In this document: positions 40,684-52,554 of the stretch, one piece after another | Position numbering within the stretch: position 1 is the stretch's first letter | How the letters are laid out: each line of letters begins with the position of its first letter | Assembly (NCBI GenBank): GCA_963806225.1 | Contig: CAWDXG010000004.1 | Span: 5,600,001 to 5,664,000 of the forward strand | DNA length: 64,000 bases | Source of the DNA: an uncultured delta proteobacterium | GTDB taxonomy: Bacteria; Myxococcota_A; Polyangia; Polyangiales; Polyangiaceae | Direction: 5' to 3' | The notes under the pieces: generated by a model | The model's input: only the letters and a program-made list of their open reading frames with translations | Databases searched by the model: none | Told to the model about the DNA's origin: nothing | Position numbers and translations under genes: made by a program

Positions 40684-42024
40684 GTGACCGCTCATTGCCG
40701 GCGTCTGCCCCAGATGTCGAAAAGCGGTGCTATCCTGTTCGCCGTGGGACGACATGCCTGGATTCTTCTGACGTTCGCCGCGTGCGGGCTGTACTGCGTT
40801 TCGTGTTCTTCCGGGGAGAGCAGCAACCCCGGCTACACGTCCGCGGGCAGTGCCGGCACGGGCGCAATCGGCGGCAGTGCCGGCACGGGTGGCAGCACCG
40901 GCGGCAGTGCCGGCACGGGCGCAATCGGCGGCACGGGCGCAACCGGCGGCAGTGCCGGCGCGGGCGGCAGCACTGGCGGCAGCGCGGGAGCGGGCGGCAG
41001 TGCGGGAGCGGGCGGCAGTGCGGGAGCGGGCGGCAGTGCGGGAGCGGGCGGCAGCGGCCCTGCCTGCGGCGGAAGTTGCGCCACCGGCTACACGTGCCAG
41101 ACGGCGAATGGCATCGACGTGTGCCGCGCGAAGAGCGGCGTGCCGCTGTTCTCCCACGTATTCGTCATTCTGATGGAGAACACGTCGCTGTCGACGCTGC
41201 AGAAGGCGATGAACAACGGCGGCGCGCCCAACTTGGCCAAGCTGGCGCAGAACCATGCGATAGGGTCGGACTATCACGGCGTGGCCCACCCGAGCCTGCC
41301 GAACTACATCGCGCTCACTTCTGGCGATACGCAGGGCATCGGCTGCGACTGCAACCCGACCGGTTCGTCCTGCAACATCGCCACGTGCAACACGCTGATC
41401 CACACCTGCGGCTGCAACAAAGCCGCGACCAACCTCGGAGACCAGCTGGACACGGCGAAGGTCTCCTGGAAGGCGTTCGGCGAGAACATGGGCACGGCGT
41501 GTAACCTGAGCAACAGCGGCGACTACGCGGTCCGGCACATACCGTTCGTCTATTACGACGACATCCAGAAGAACGCCGCGCGGTGCAAGGCGCACGTTGT
41601 CGACTTGTCCAACTTCTCGCCGGGCACCGCGCCGCGCTTCACGTACATCGCGCCCAACCTGGTGCATGACATGCACGACCCGTTCCCCGCTACCGCGCAG
41701 AACATCAAGAACGGGGACACCTGGGTCGGGCCGGCGGTGGACGCGATCCTGGCTTCCGCGGCCTACAAGCAGGGCGGCCTCGTCGTGGTCGTGTGGGACG
41801 AGGACGATCTCTCCGGCGGCGTCACGGGCACCAACGACCCGATCCCGATCTTCCTGATGTCACCCTACGCGAAGAGCGGCGGCTACGTGAGCAAGCTCAA
41901 GGCGGATCACTACTCGCTTCTGGCGACCATCGAGGACGGCCTGGGACTTTCGCGGCTCGGCAAGGCGGCCGCGAAGCGGGCCGGCTACGCCGACACGCTG
42001 TCGGACTACTTCCCGGCAAAGTGA
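40684..42024 (+). CDS. Phosphoesterase (acid phosphatase/phospholipase C family) lipoprotein (start uncertain)
   Basis: HVFVILMEN, HPSLPNYIAL, YAVRHIPF, PNLVHDMHD, VVWDE, HYSLLATIED. Confidence 0.85.
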   Translation: MTAHCRRLPQMSKSGAILFAVGRHAWILLTFAACGLYCVSCSSGESSNPGYTSAGSAGTGAIGGSAGTGGSTGGSAGTGAIGGTGATGGSAGAGGSTGGSAGAGGSAGAGGSAGAGGSAGAGGSGPACGGSCATGYTCQTANGIDVCRAKSGVPLFSHVFVILMENTSLSTLQKAMNNGGAPNLAKLAQNHAIGSDYHGVAHPSLPNYIALTSGDTQGIGCDCNPTGSSCNIATCNTLIHTCGCNKAATNLGDQLDTAKVSWKAFGENMGTACNLSNSGDYAVRHIPFVYYDDIQKNAARCKAHVVDLSNFSPGTAPRFTYIAPNLVHDMHDPFPATAQNIKNGDTWVGPAVDAILASAAYKQGGLVVVVWDEDDLSGGVTGTNDPIPIFLMSPYAKSGGYVSKLKADHYSLLATIEDGLGLSRLGKAAAKRAGYADTLSDYFPAK

Positions 42025-42094
42025 GCGGGCGCGGTCAGCGCCGGCGCCCACCAGCTCTGTCGCGCGAAGCTGTCGTTCGCGCGCGACGGAACAG

Positions 42095-43243
42095 CTACGG
42101 GACCTGTACCAGCGGATCGACGAGCAGCTGGAGGTCCTGGGTCACCTTGTAGTAGTGCACTTCCAGCACCGGAGTGACGCTGGCGCCGTCCTTCTGGTTC
42201 ACCGTCAGCACGAGCAACTGGCCGAAGTCGGCCGAGTAGTTGGGGTTGGGCAGGACCTTGTAGGTCCCCTCCAGCGTATGGCCGTCTTCGGTGCTGCGGG
42301 TGAACGTGTTGTCGCTCGACAGCGTGAGCGTGGGCGCCACCGTCTGCGACTGTCCGCCGGACGCGATGTCGACCTTGTAGGACCAGGCCCCCGTGATGTC
42401 GTTGGCCGAGCCGCTCCCCTGCCGCACGTACGGTGCAGCCGAGAAGTAGGTCGCGTCGACGTAGAACTCGGAGGTGCGCGTGGTTTCCACGGGCTTTGTC
42501 AGGTCGGCTGTGTCGCACGCCGTGTGGTCACGCGTCTCGAGCTTCAAGCGGCCGTCGGCGAGCACGGACCAGGTTCCGCCCTGGGGGCCGCTGCCGGCCG
42601 CGTCGTCGTCCCGGCACCACGTGTCGGCGGTCAGCTTGTCCTTGGGGCGCTTGATCACCGGATAGACGCCGCCGGCACTGGCCTGGTTGTCGTAGACGAG
42701 CAGCGTCCACGTGCGGACCAGTGCTTGCTCCCGCGTCGGGAACACCGCCGCATGCGGCCACACGGTCTGGTTGCCCGCTTCATCGGTCGCTGCGACGTGG
42801 ATCGTCAGACCGGACTTCGCAGTCGTCGTGATCTGCCACAAGCCGTTGTGCAGATTCGCAGTCTGGTCCGCGAGCGGCTGGTTCGAGTCGTCGAGCGCCT
42901 GGACGTTCAGGTTCTGCGTGATCGTGATGTCGTCGGTCGCGAACACCTTGAGTGTCAGCGGCGTCGGAGTCGCGATGACGCGATGGGCGTCGCTCTTGCC
43001 GAGGTCCAGCGTGCCGGGGTTTGGATCGCTCAGCGTGGCGCTGACCTGGTTGATCTCGGGGGGCGTCGTGTCCTTGGGGCCCGGTTTGGTATTCGAGCCG
43101 TCTCCATTTCCGCACGCAGCCAGGACGCTACTCGCCGCAATCACCATGCCGAGCGCGCGGACCGCGCGCCGTGTGCGGGACCCGAGCGGCCGTGCCGCTC
43201 CAGCTTTGTGCGCCGCACTTCGACCCGGCGCGCGCTCGATCAT
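42095..43243 (-). CDS. Hypothetical lipoprotein
   Basis: LAAC lipobox; DTTPPEI...ATDEAGN Ig-like segment followed by beta-rich domains. Confidence 0.65.
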   Translation of the reverse strand: MIERAPGRSAAHKAGAARPLGSRTRRAVRALGMVIAASSVLAACGNGDGSNTKPGPKDTTPPEINQVSATLSDPNPGTLDLGKSDAHRVIATPTPLTLKVFATDDITITQNLNVQALDDSNQPLADQTANLHNGLWQITTTAKSGLTIHVAATDEAGNQTVWPHAAVFPTREQALVRTWTLLVYDNQASAGGVYPVIKRPKDKLTADTWCRDDDAAGSGPQGGTWSVLADGRLKLETRDHTACDTADLTKPVETTRTSEFYVDATYFSAAPYVRQGSGSANDITGAWSYKVDIASGGQSQTVAPTLTLSSDNTFTRSTEDGHTLEGTYKVLPNPNYSADFGQLLVLTVNQKDGASVTPVLEVHYYKVTQDLQLLVDPLVQVP

Positions 43244-43383
43244 GTCGCATAGGCTACCAGCGGAGACCCCCGTGTCAATTCGGTGAAAACGGGCTAAGCT
43301 CCCGCGTCTCGCTTTATTCGTTGGGTGCACGGCCAGGGAGGGTCGTCGAACATAACCCGCGCTCGCGGGGTAGAGGTCTATCA

Positions 43384-45060
43384 ATGCGTACGTTTGCACG
43401 TTTGACTGTCTTGAGCTGCGTCCTGGCTCTCGGATCAAGCTTTGCCGTGACCGGTTGCGGTTCTTCGGCTGACAACAACAGCCCGGCTGGCCCGAAAATC
43501 CTCTCTGTCCAGCGCACGGTGAGCCCGGAGAACGTGCTCGCCTACACGCTGACGGTCGACACCGACAAGGAGACGACGATCGCCGTCAAGGTGACGCCGG
43601 ATGACACGAGCGTCGATCCGTGGACAGTGGACGGCCCAGCCACCGCCGGCGTGGAAAACGCCGTCGTCATCGCGGGACTGCGCGAGAAGAGCAAGTACGC
43701 GCTCGAGATCACGGCGACCGACGCAGGCGGGCGGACGGCTGTTGACGATTCGCAATCGATCACGACCGATCCGCTGCCCGCCGACATGCCGCCCATCAAG
43801 GTGACGAAGAACGACCCCGCGCGCATGGCGTCCGGCTACACGCTGTTCGACATCTTCGGATGGGTCCCCGGAGCTGGAACGGACCTGCAGAGCGGTTGGC
43901 TCGTCATGCTGGACGCCGACGGCCAGGTCGTCTGGTACGCGCACACACACAACCGCCCGGAAGACTCGCGGCTCATGCCCGACGGGAACATCGGCTACAG
44001 CTATGCTGGTCAGGACAACGACGGCTTCATCGAGCTCGACGCGATGAGCGAGGTCGCGAACCAGTGGGTCGCTTCTGCTCTGCCGAGCACAAAGGTGCCG
44101 GACGGTGCGATCAAGGTGGATGTCGACTCGATCCACCACGAGGTGTTTCCGATGCCGAACGGGAACTACCTCACGCTCGCTCCCGAGATGCGTCAGATCG
44201 ACCAGACAACCTGCCCGAACTACAGCGGCACGTTGAATGTGGTCGGCGACGACATCGTGGAGTTCGACCCCAAGACGGGCGCGATAGTGAACAAGGTCTC
44301 GGAGTTCGACTTCCTCGACCCCTGCCGTCGCACGGATCACGGTTTCGAGGCCGGTTTCTGGAACACCTTGTACGGCGGCATCACGACGCAGGACTGGACG
44401 CACAGCAACGCGGTCATCTACGACGCCAAGCGCAAGCTGGTCCTGGTGTCCGTCCGGCACCAGGACTGGGTTGCCGGTTTGAGCTGGCCGCCGAGCGGCA
44501 GCCCGAAGAACGACGTGGCCTGGCTGCTCGGCCCCGAGGGCAACGCTGGCGACTACGGGACGTACAAGCACTTCACGTCGCAGGGCGCGTCGTTCGACTG
44601 GCAGTACCACGAGCATGCGCCGATGATGATGAAGAACGGCGACATCCTGTTGTTCGACAACGGCAACCTCCGGCCGGGGACGAACTTCGACCCCAACGAC
44701 GCCCAGGGTGACGCCGATCTGCCGTACAGCCGCGTCGTCCAGTTCCACATAGATACGCAGGCGATGACCATCAGCCAGGTCTGGGACTGGAAGGCCCCCG
44801 ACGGCAACGGCGGCTACCTGTACTGCCCGTTCATCGGCGACGCCGACGAGCTCGACAACGGCGACGTGCTGGCGACATTCGGCGGCGTGGTGGATCCGCC
44901 GAGCGACAAGATCGCGGCGTCCACGGAAAAGAAGTTCGGCCGCATCGTGGAGCTGGTGCCCGGCTCCAACGACGACATCGTCTACCAGGTCGACGTGAGC
45001 GACCCGACGGACAGCTACTCGATCTATCGCGCGGAACGCGTCAAAGGTTTCCTGCGCTAG
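43384..45060 (+). CDS. Aryl-sulfate sulfotransferase (ASST) family lipoprotein
   Basis: VTGC lipobox; DSIHHE, DWTHSNAV, SVRHQD, QYHEHAP, LLFDNG, YSRVVQF. Confidence 0.85.
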   Translation: MRTFARLTVLSCVLALGSSFAVTGCGSSADNNSPAGPKILSVQRTVSPENVLAYTLTVDTDKETTIAVKVTPDDTSVDPWTVDGPATAGVENAVVIAGLREKSKYALEITATDAGGRTAVDDSQSITTDPLPADMPPIKVTKNDPARMASGYTLFDIFGWVPGAGTDLQSGWLVMLDADGQVVWYAHTHNRPEDSRLMPDGNIGYSYAGQDNDGFIELDAMSEVANQWVASALPSTKVPDGAIKVDVDSIHHEVFPMPNGNYLTLAPEMRQIDQTTCPNYSGTLNVVGDDIVEFDPKTGAIVNKVSEFDFLDPCRRTDHGFEAGFWNTLYGGITTQDWTHSNAVIYDAKRKLVLVSVRHQDWVAGLSWPPSGSPKNDVAWLLGPEGNAGDYGTYKHFTSQGASFDWQYHEHAPMMMKNGDILLFDNGNLRPGTNFDPNDAQGDADLPYSRVVQFHIDTQAMTISQVWDWKAPDGNGGYLYCPFIGDADELDNGDVLATFGGVVDPPSDKIAASTEKKFGRIVELVPGSNDDIVYQVDVSDPTDSYSIYRAERVKGFLR

Positions 45061-45080
45061 ATCGAGGCGGGAACGAAAGG

Positions 45081-45107
45081 GCGCCGGCGGCCGCACACCG
45101 CCGGCGC
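45081..45107. terminator. GC-rich hairpin between convergent genes (possible terminator, no U-tract)
   Basis: gcgccggcgg-ccgcaca-ccgccggcgc, 10-bp stem. Confidence 0.4.
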
Positions 45108-45131
45108 GTCGCCCGCGCCCCCGCCGCGCGG

Positions 45132-46562
45132 TCAGTTGATGACGAAGCCGCGCTGCTCGGCGATCCGCTGTGCGCGGTAGATGCCCCAGAACTCGGGTGA
45201 CCGGAACTCCCAGAGCGGTTGTGAGTCCTTCGTCACCTCGACGATGGTCGACTGCACGCCAGGGTCGCGCTCGCCGAAACAGATGAGCGTGTTGCCGTTC
45301 TTGAAGCGCTGCGTGCTGCCCCAGATGGGCGCGAAGATGTCGGGCTTGTGGCGGAACTGCCAGACGACGTGCGCTTCGCTCGTGCCGGACGGGTCGTACG
45401 TGTAGGCGAGCTCCAACCCGCGGCTCCACTCGCGAACGCCGGCGCGGCCATTGTCGAACATCAGGATGTGCCCGTTCGGCAGCACCGTCGTGTCGTGCTG
45501 GTGGTAGAAGCGGTCCGCGTCCGTGACGGTGAAGTCGCCGTGGAAGCCGTCCTCCACTTCGCCGTGGTAGCCCATGGTCCAGATCAAGTCGCCCGTGGCG
45601 CGGTTGATCTTGAAGATCGAGTTCTGGTTGCGCGACGAGGACAGCAGGAACTTGTGGTCCGGGAACAGCGAGACCGCGTTCATGTGCGGCCAGTCCGGAA
45701 CGTCCTGCGCTGGCGTGTAGTGGTCGCACAGGTGCCAGGTCCAGACGTTCGTCTTCTGGACCGAGTCCCATTCGACGATGTCGTCCCCCGGGTTGGTCAG
45801 ACCGGAGCAGTACGACGTGGACAGCGTGTAGAACTCGTTCGGCGTCTCGGCAGCGCGCGCCTCGTGGTGGAAGTACGGCGGTGGATTCGGGTCGTCCGCC
45901 CACACCAGCTCGCCCTGCCAGGTGACGTACGACAGCGGAATGCCGCGCCCGCCGATCAGCACGCCGTCCTTGTACTGCGAGACCGGCGTGTCGTTGCCGG
46001 GGACGTTGCCAGGGTACTGGTAGTACCAGCGGAAGCGGCCTTCGGGGTCGATCAGTGCCGTGATGTAGGGGGTGACCGTTCTCTCGTTGGAGAGGTTGAC
46101 GAGCGTCCAGCCGGGAGCAACGGTGCCTGCCTTGGCCGGCACGGTCAGCTCGATGGGGGGCAGGTAGCTCGGCAGCTTGCTGACCTTGATGGTCGTCTTG
46201 TAGGTGGCAGTGCCGCCGTCCGCCGATTTCGCCTTGGCGGTCAGTGTGCACTTGGCGCCCGTGACCAGCCCCATCAAGAATACGTGATGGCTGCTGGCAG
46301 CGGTCGAGTCGGAGAGGGTCCACGGCTCGAGCCCGCTGCAGCGGACATCCAGCGCGGTGTCGGCGTCGCGCGATGTCTTCCACGACACGTCGTAGGCGAG
46401 CACGTTACTGGGCGATTCGACGGCCGCCAGATGCGAGATGGTGAGCCCGCCTGTCGACGTGCTGAGCGCGGGTTTATCCTTCGAGCTGGAACAGCCCGAG
46501 AGCAAGAGGAGAGCGCATGCGGAGGCGAGACCTACCCGCCGGCGACCAAGTGACAAGCTCAT
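45132..46562 (-). CDS. Aryl-sulfate sulfotransferase (ASST) family lipoprotein
   Basis: LSGC lipobox; FHHE, DWPHMNAV, SSRNQN, FYHQHD, LMFDNG, GSTQRFKNGNTLI. Confidence 0.85.
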   Translation of the reverse strand: MSLSLGRRRVGLASACALLLLSGCSSSKDKPALSTSTGGLTISHLAAVESPSNVLAYDVSWKTSRDADTALDVRCSGLEPWTLSDSTAASSHHVFLMGLVTGAKCTLTAKAKSADGGTATYKTTIKVSKLPSYLPPIELTVPAKAGTVAPGWTLVNLSNERTVTPYITALIDPEGRFRWYYQYPGNVPGNDTPVSQYKDGVLIGGRGIPLSYVTWQGELVWADDPNPPPYFHHEARAAETPNEFYTLSTSYCSGLTNPGDDIVEWDSVQKTNVWTWHLCDHYTPAQDVPDWPHMNAVSLFPDHKFLLSSSRNQNSIFKINRATGDLIWTMGYHGEVEDGFHGDFTVTDADRFYHQHDTTVLPNGHILMFDNGRAGVREWSRGLELAYTYDPSGTSEAHVVWQFRHKPDIFAPIWGSTQRFKNGNTLICFGERDPGVQSTIVEVTKDSQPLWEFRSPEFWGIYRAQRIAEQRGFVIN

Positions 46563-46669
46563 TGCAGCTCCATGAACAGCGCGGAATTGTTCAGGGAACG
46601 TAGGCTACCAGCCAAGTGCCCACAGTCAACTCGATGCGGGCGCGACCGCGCCGCGCCCCCCGTGGGCCG

Positions 46670-46759
<90 letters not shown>

Positions 46760-46875
46760 ATCGGATCCTGGCCTGTCCTCGTCCGCTCGAGCTGGCGGCG
46801 CCGGCTCGAGGGGTCTCGGGCATGTGCACTCGTTCTGCCCGTTCAGCGGGCGGGCGAGGGCACGGGCCGGGCTCC

Positions 46876-46965
<90 letters not shown>

Positions 46966-47080
46966 GCGGCGGAATTTGGCAGGGGGTCTGCATCGTGTCA
47001 ACGGCACTCGGACGCCCCTCGATGCGCCCCAGCACGAATTTCGTCCCGGTCGGGCCGCAAGGTCGAATAGGTTCAAGTCG

Positions 47081-47689
47081 ATGGGTCCACGGGGTTCCTA
47101 CAAGAAGAGCGAGACCAGCCGGAAGCAGGTCATCGAGGCCGCGGTGACCGCCCTGGCCGAGCGCGGCTATGCGCGCACCAGTGTGAGTGACATCGCGTCC
47201 GCGGCCGGCATGAGCAAGGGCGCCGTCCACTACCACTTCGAGAGCAAGGACGACCTCATCGCACAGGTACTGGATCGCTGCGCGGCCATGATGCGCGAGC
47301 GCGTGCGGCAGGCCTGGGACGCGCCTGGCGAGCCGATGGAGAGAGTCCGGCGGGCGCTCGGCGCGATGCGCGCGATGCGCAAAGAGGGTGGCCCGGAGCT
47401 CAGGGTGCTGGCCGACCTGATGGCGCAGGGCATCCACGATCCGAAGCTGCAGGCGCCGCTGGCCGCCATGTTCGAGGCCAACCGCAAGGAAGTCCTCGAG
47501 CACGTGGTGCAGAGCCTCGAGCAGTTCGGGCTCAAGCCCCGGGTCCCCGCCCATGTGATCCCCAGGCTGCTGCTGGGCGCCCTCGACGGCCTAGCGCTCC
47601 ACGACTTTTTCGATCCGCCGGCTGCCGAAGACGACGACACCATCGAAAAGGCGCTCGAGACCATCGCGGTGATGCTGTTCGAGGGCTGA
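47081..47689 (+). CDS. TetR/AcrR family transcriptional regulator
   Basis: IEAA..LAERGYARTSVSDIASAAGMSKGAVHYHFESKDDL. Confidence 0.93.
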   Translation: MGPRGSYKKSETSRKQVIEAAVTALAERGYARTSVSDIASAAGMSKGAVHYHFESKDDLIAQVLDRCAAMMRERVRQAWDAPGEPMERVRRALGAMRAMRKEGGPELRVLADLMAQGIHDPKLQAPLAAMFEANRKEVLEHVVQSLEQFGLKPRVPAHVIPRLLLGALDGLALHDFFDPPAAEDDDTIEKALETIAVMLFEG

Positions 47690-47735
47690 GACGGCCCCGC
47701 GGACGCCCGGTCCGGAAGAACCCACCAGCCCGGTC

Positions 47736-47764
47736 TTGACACACTGCGTAATAGACCTTACTAA
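47736..47764 (+). promoter_or_regulatory. Possible sigma70-type promoter
   Basis: TTGACA-17 nt-TACTAA in an AT-rich patch upstream of ATG 47801; the -10 box is imperfect. Confidence 0.4.
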
Positions 47765-47800
47765 AACATTCTGTACGGCCAGATTGTCTGGGGGTGCACG

Positions 47801-48073
47801 ATGTTCAGCAATCTTTTCATGTATTTCGGGCCCATGTGGTCGGCGGCGCTGCTGCTCGCGGTGGTGATCCTCCCGTTCTGCTTCGCCCTCGTGGAGACCG
47901 TGCGGCTCGCACATCCCGGCGCCCGTCGGCCCTGCATTCCGATGGTCCGGCTCTACCGGCTGCGTCAGCGGCTCGTCGACTCGTTCGCGACCGCCCAGGG
48001 CAGCGGCGTGGACCTGGGGCGTCGCCTGCTCAGAGCGTCCGCGTCGGTGGGGCGCGGCGCACGCCGCCGCTAG
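47801..48073 (+). CDS. Small hypothetical membrane protein
   Basis: ATG after the promoter-like patch; one hydrophobic helix. Confidence 0.45.
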   Translation: MFSNLFMYFGPMWSAALLLAVVILPFCFALVETVRLAHPGARRPCIPMVRLYRLRQRLVDSFATAQGSGVDLGRRLLRASASVGRGARRR

Positions 48074-48170
48074 CTCCAGCGCCACTGCACGGCTTCAGTG
48101 TAGCGGTCGGCGCGGCAGGAAGGTGCAGCGCGCGATTGCACACGCACCGGCCACGGGCGATAGTCCGCGC

Positions 48171-49450
48171 ATGCGTCGTCATCGTTCTCTCGCTTCGCTC
48201 GTCGCCCTCGCAACTTCCATGTTCGCGCTCGCCGCGGCGGCACAGACCAACGACAAGCCGTCCAGCCCTGCCGCGGCTCCGGACAAGTCGGCAGACACGG
48301 GCAGCAAGCCGGACGCCAAGCAGGCCGACGACGGCAAGGCCAAGGCCGACGAGAAGAAGCCTGACGAGAAGAAGGCCGACGAGAAGAAGGCCGACGAGAA
48401 GAAGGCCGACGCCAACGCTGACCAGAAGAAGCCGGAAGACAAGAAGCCTGGCGACGCCAAGCCCGGCGAAGCCAGCCCCGGCGAAGCCAGCCCGGCGAAG
48501 CCAAGCCCGGCGAAGCCAAGCCCGGCGAAGCCAAGCCCGGCGAGAGCGCGCCTGCGAACAACGGAAGCGCACCGGCTGGTGCGAATGCCGCGGCGCCCGG
48601 TGCGCCGGCCGCCGCTGCTCCGGCGGCGCCCGCCGCCCCTGCAGCTCCGCCCGCTGCCGCGGCTCCGGCGGCTCCCGCCGCGCCGCCGCCCGCAGCGGCT
48701 CCAGCGCCGCAGCCCGCTCCCGCTGCCGCGGCAACAGGCCCGGCAAGCGCGTCGCCCACGGCGGATCAGGGTGCGGGCGCAGGCGCCGGCGCGGAGAAGC
48801 CGAAGCCTCCTCCGGAGAAGACGTTCGGCATCGAAGTCGACGCCGGTACCAACGCGCGGCTCGATGGAGCTACCCCGGGCTATTCGAATCACGAGTCCGT
48901 CGACCTGACCTACGGTGGCGGGTTGTGGCTGGCTCCGAGCCGCCTCTACTCGCTCGGTCTCTCGTTCCAGCGCGCCGGCATTGGCAGCGAGACCAGCGCG
49001 CCCACGGGCAACAGCGTGGCGGTCACGCGCGATCTCAACACGCTGTGGCTGGGTGGGCGCGTCTATCCGCTCCGCGGCGACAAGGCCGGCCTGTACATCA
49101 GGCTGAACCTCGGCGCGTCGTGGCAGCACGTCAACGCGAGCGGCACGACCATCACCGGTCAGTACGTCGCGACGGCCAAGCCCTTCGCGTGCTCCGCGTC
49201 GCAGGGTCCCGGCTTCGCGATCGGCGGCGGCGTCGGCGGCGATATCGATCTCGACAGCCATCTGGCGTTCATCGCCGACGCTGGATTCAGCGCGCACCGA
49301 CTGAGCAGCGACCCGGTCGGCGGCTGCGCGCCGGGCTCCGGCTCGGTGACGAACCTCGCCGCGCGCATCGGCTTCATGTACCGCTTCGACCTGGGCGGCT
49401 CGTCCAGCAAGGCCACCGCCTCGTCGCAGCACGTCGTCGAGCGCTTCTAG
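48171..49450 (+). CDS. Exported protein with low-complexity N-terminus and probable outer-membrane beta-barrel; 1-nt frameshift ~48490
   Basis: Signal peptide, DEKK and GEAKP repeats; restoring one base joins it to ORF 48923..49450 (RIGFMYRF). Confidence 0.7.
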
Positions 49451-49483
49451 CGCGCTCTCGCTCGCCGGGCTCGCGCCCGCAAA

Positions 49484-50968
<1,485 letters not shown>

Positions 50969-51060
50969 TCACGACTCGAACGCCGCGAAGCGGGCCCGTT
51001 TTTCTGTATCCCGGCACGCCGGCTTGCGCTGCGCCCGGAGCGCCCGTAAGGGGTTGTCTC

Positions 51061-52035
51061 GTGGAGAATCCGCTCCCGGTCAGTGTCCCGGCCGGTGGCC
51101 ACGCGGGCCATGGTCATGGGGATCACGGTCACGCTCACGGCCATCCCGGCGCAGCTCCCGCACGCGTGCTGCGGGTCGCGCTGGTCCTCACCGCAAGCTT
51201 CATGGTGGTGGAAGCGGTAGTCGGCGTGTGGAGCGGAAGCCTGGCGCTGCTGGCCGATGCGGGACACATGCTCGCCGACGCCGGCGCCCTGGCGCTTGCC
51301 CTGGTCGCCCAGCGCTTTGCAGGCCGCCCGCGGACCCCGCGCAGCACGTTCGGCTTCCGGCGGGCGGAAGTGCTTGCGGCTTTCATCAACGGCGTTGCTC
51401 TCGCGCTGACGGCCGTGTGGGTCATCGTCGAGGCCATCGAGCGCTGGGTCGCGCCGCACGCCATCCGTGGCGTCGGCATGCTGGCCACCGCGGTGGTCGG
51501 GCTCCTGATCAACGCCGTCGTCGCTGCCGTGTTGATGGGCGCACAGAAGGACAGCCTGAACGTCCGCGCCGCGTTCGTGCACGTGCTCACCGACGCGCTC
51601 GGCTCGGTCGCCGCGATCCTCGCCGGTCTGGCGGTTGTACTCCTGGGCTGGGTGCGCGCCGATCCCGCGCTGAGCGTGCTGATCGCGCTGCTGGTCGCCT
51701 ACAGCGGCTGGCGGGTGCTGCGCGAGACCACGGCCATCCTGCTCGAGGCCGCGCCGGCCGATCTCGACGTGCCGGCCATCGAGCGCTCCATCCTCGCGTG
51801 CGCGGGTGTGGCTGCGCTGCACGACCTGCACGTGTGGCGGATCTCGGATCGCTTCGACGCGCTCACAGTGCATGTCACGTTGGAGCGAGGCGCACACGGC
51901 GTCGACGTGTGCCGTAGCGTGGCCGACCAGCTCAGAGCTGCTCACGGGCTCGACCACGTCACGGTCCAGCCCGAGGCGCCGCCCCCGGACGAGCTGGTCA
52001 GCGTCCGCTCGAGCCGCGACGGCCGCGCGCTGTAG
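51061..52035 (+). CDS. Cation diffusion facilitator (CzcD/ZitB-like) transporter
   Basis: His-rich N-terminus, SLALLADAGHMLAD, NVRAAFVHVLTD, HDLHVW, HVTVQPE. Confidence 0.92.
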   Translation: MENPLPVSVPAGGHAGHGHGDHGHAHGHPGAAPARVLRVALVLTASFMVVEAVVGVWSGSLALLADAGHMLADAGALALALVAQRFAGRPRTPRSTFGFRRAEVLAAFINGVALALTAVWVIVEAIERWVAPHAIRGVGMLATAVVGLLINAVVAAVLMGAQKDSLNVRAAFVHVLTDALGSVAAILAGLAVVLLGWVRADPALSVLIALLVAYSGWRVLRETTAILLEAAPADLDVPAIERSILACAGVAALHDLHVWRISDRFDALTVHVTLERGAHGVDVCRSVADQLRAAHGLDHVTVQPEAPPPDELVSVRSSRDGRAL

Positions 52036-52147
52036 GGCGGCCCGGCCCCGGGCGGGCCGAGCGGCCGGTCCCGCGGGGCCCCGGATCAACATCCGCCCCG
52101 AGCGCGCATGATCCCCCGCCGCGGCCCCGTGTTACGCTGCTCAGCCG

Positions 52148-52549
52148 ATGATCAAATCGGACGAGGATCTCGAGGTCTTTCTGAACAAGCTCGAGCGTCG
52201 GTTCGAGCGGCTCGAAGACGGCACCTTCCTGGTGGGCATGGGGGCGGGCCAGCCGCCGGTCGCGGTGCGCCTGGCGCCGCCGGTGGTCGTCGTGCACGTG
52301 GCGATTGGCGAGGCGCCGAAAGGTGACGCCGAGCGCGAAGCCCGGGTGTTCCGCCGGCTCCTCGAGCTCAACGGCACTGACCTCCTGCACGCCTTCTACG
52401 CTCTCGAAGACGGTCACATCATGTTGAGCGCAGCGCTCGAGAACGAGACGCTCGACCTCAACGAGCTGGAGGCCGTTTTCGCGGACCTGGACCTGGCGTT
52501 GGCCGAGCACGTGTCCTCGCTCCGCGGGATGGTACAGAACAAGGCCTGA
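52148..52549 (+). CDS. CesT/YbjN-like chaperone-fold protein
   Basis: 133-aa acidic protein with FRRLLELN motif; directly upstream of pspA. Confidence 0.65.
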   Translation: MIKSDEDLEVFLNKLERRFERLEDGTFLVGMGAGQPPVAVRLAPPVVVVHVAIGEAPKGDAEREARVFRRLLELNGTDLLHAFYALEDGHIMLSAALENETLDLNELEAVFADLDLALAEHVSSLRGMVQNKA

Positions 52550-52554
52550 TAGTC

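Noticed and set aside
40261..41060. Tandem GC-rich repeats as a CRISPR array
   Set aside because: No unique spacers and no cas genes; the repeats encode Gly/Ser/Ala linkers in lipoproteins.
43435..46383. Long alternative-frame and antisense ORFs (this 982-aa ORF and many similar ones)
   Set aside because: Shadow ORFs typical of high-GC DNA; they overlap genes with clear family motifs and have Arg/Ala/Pro-biased composition.
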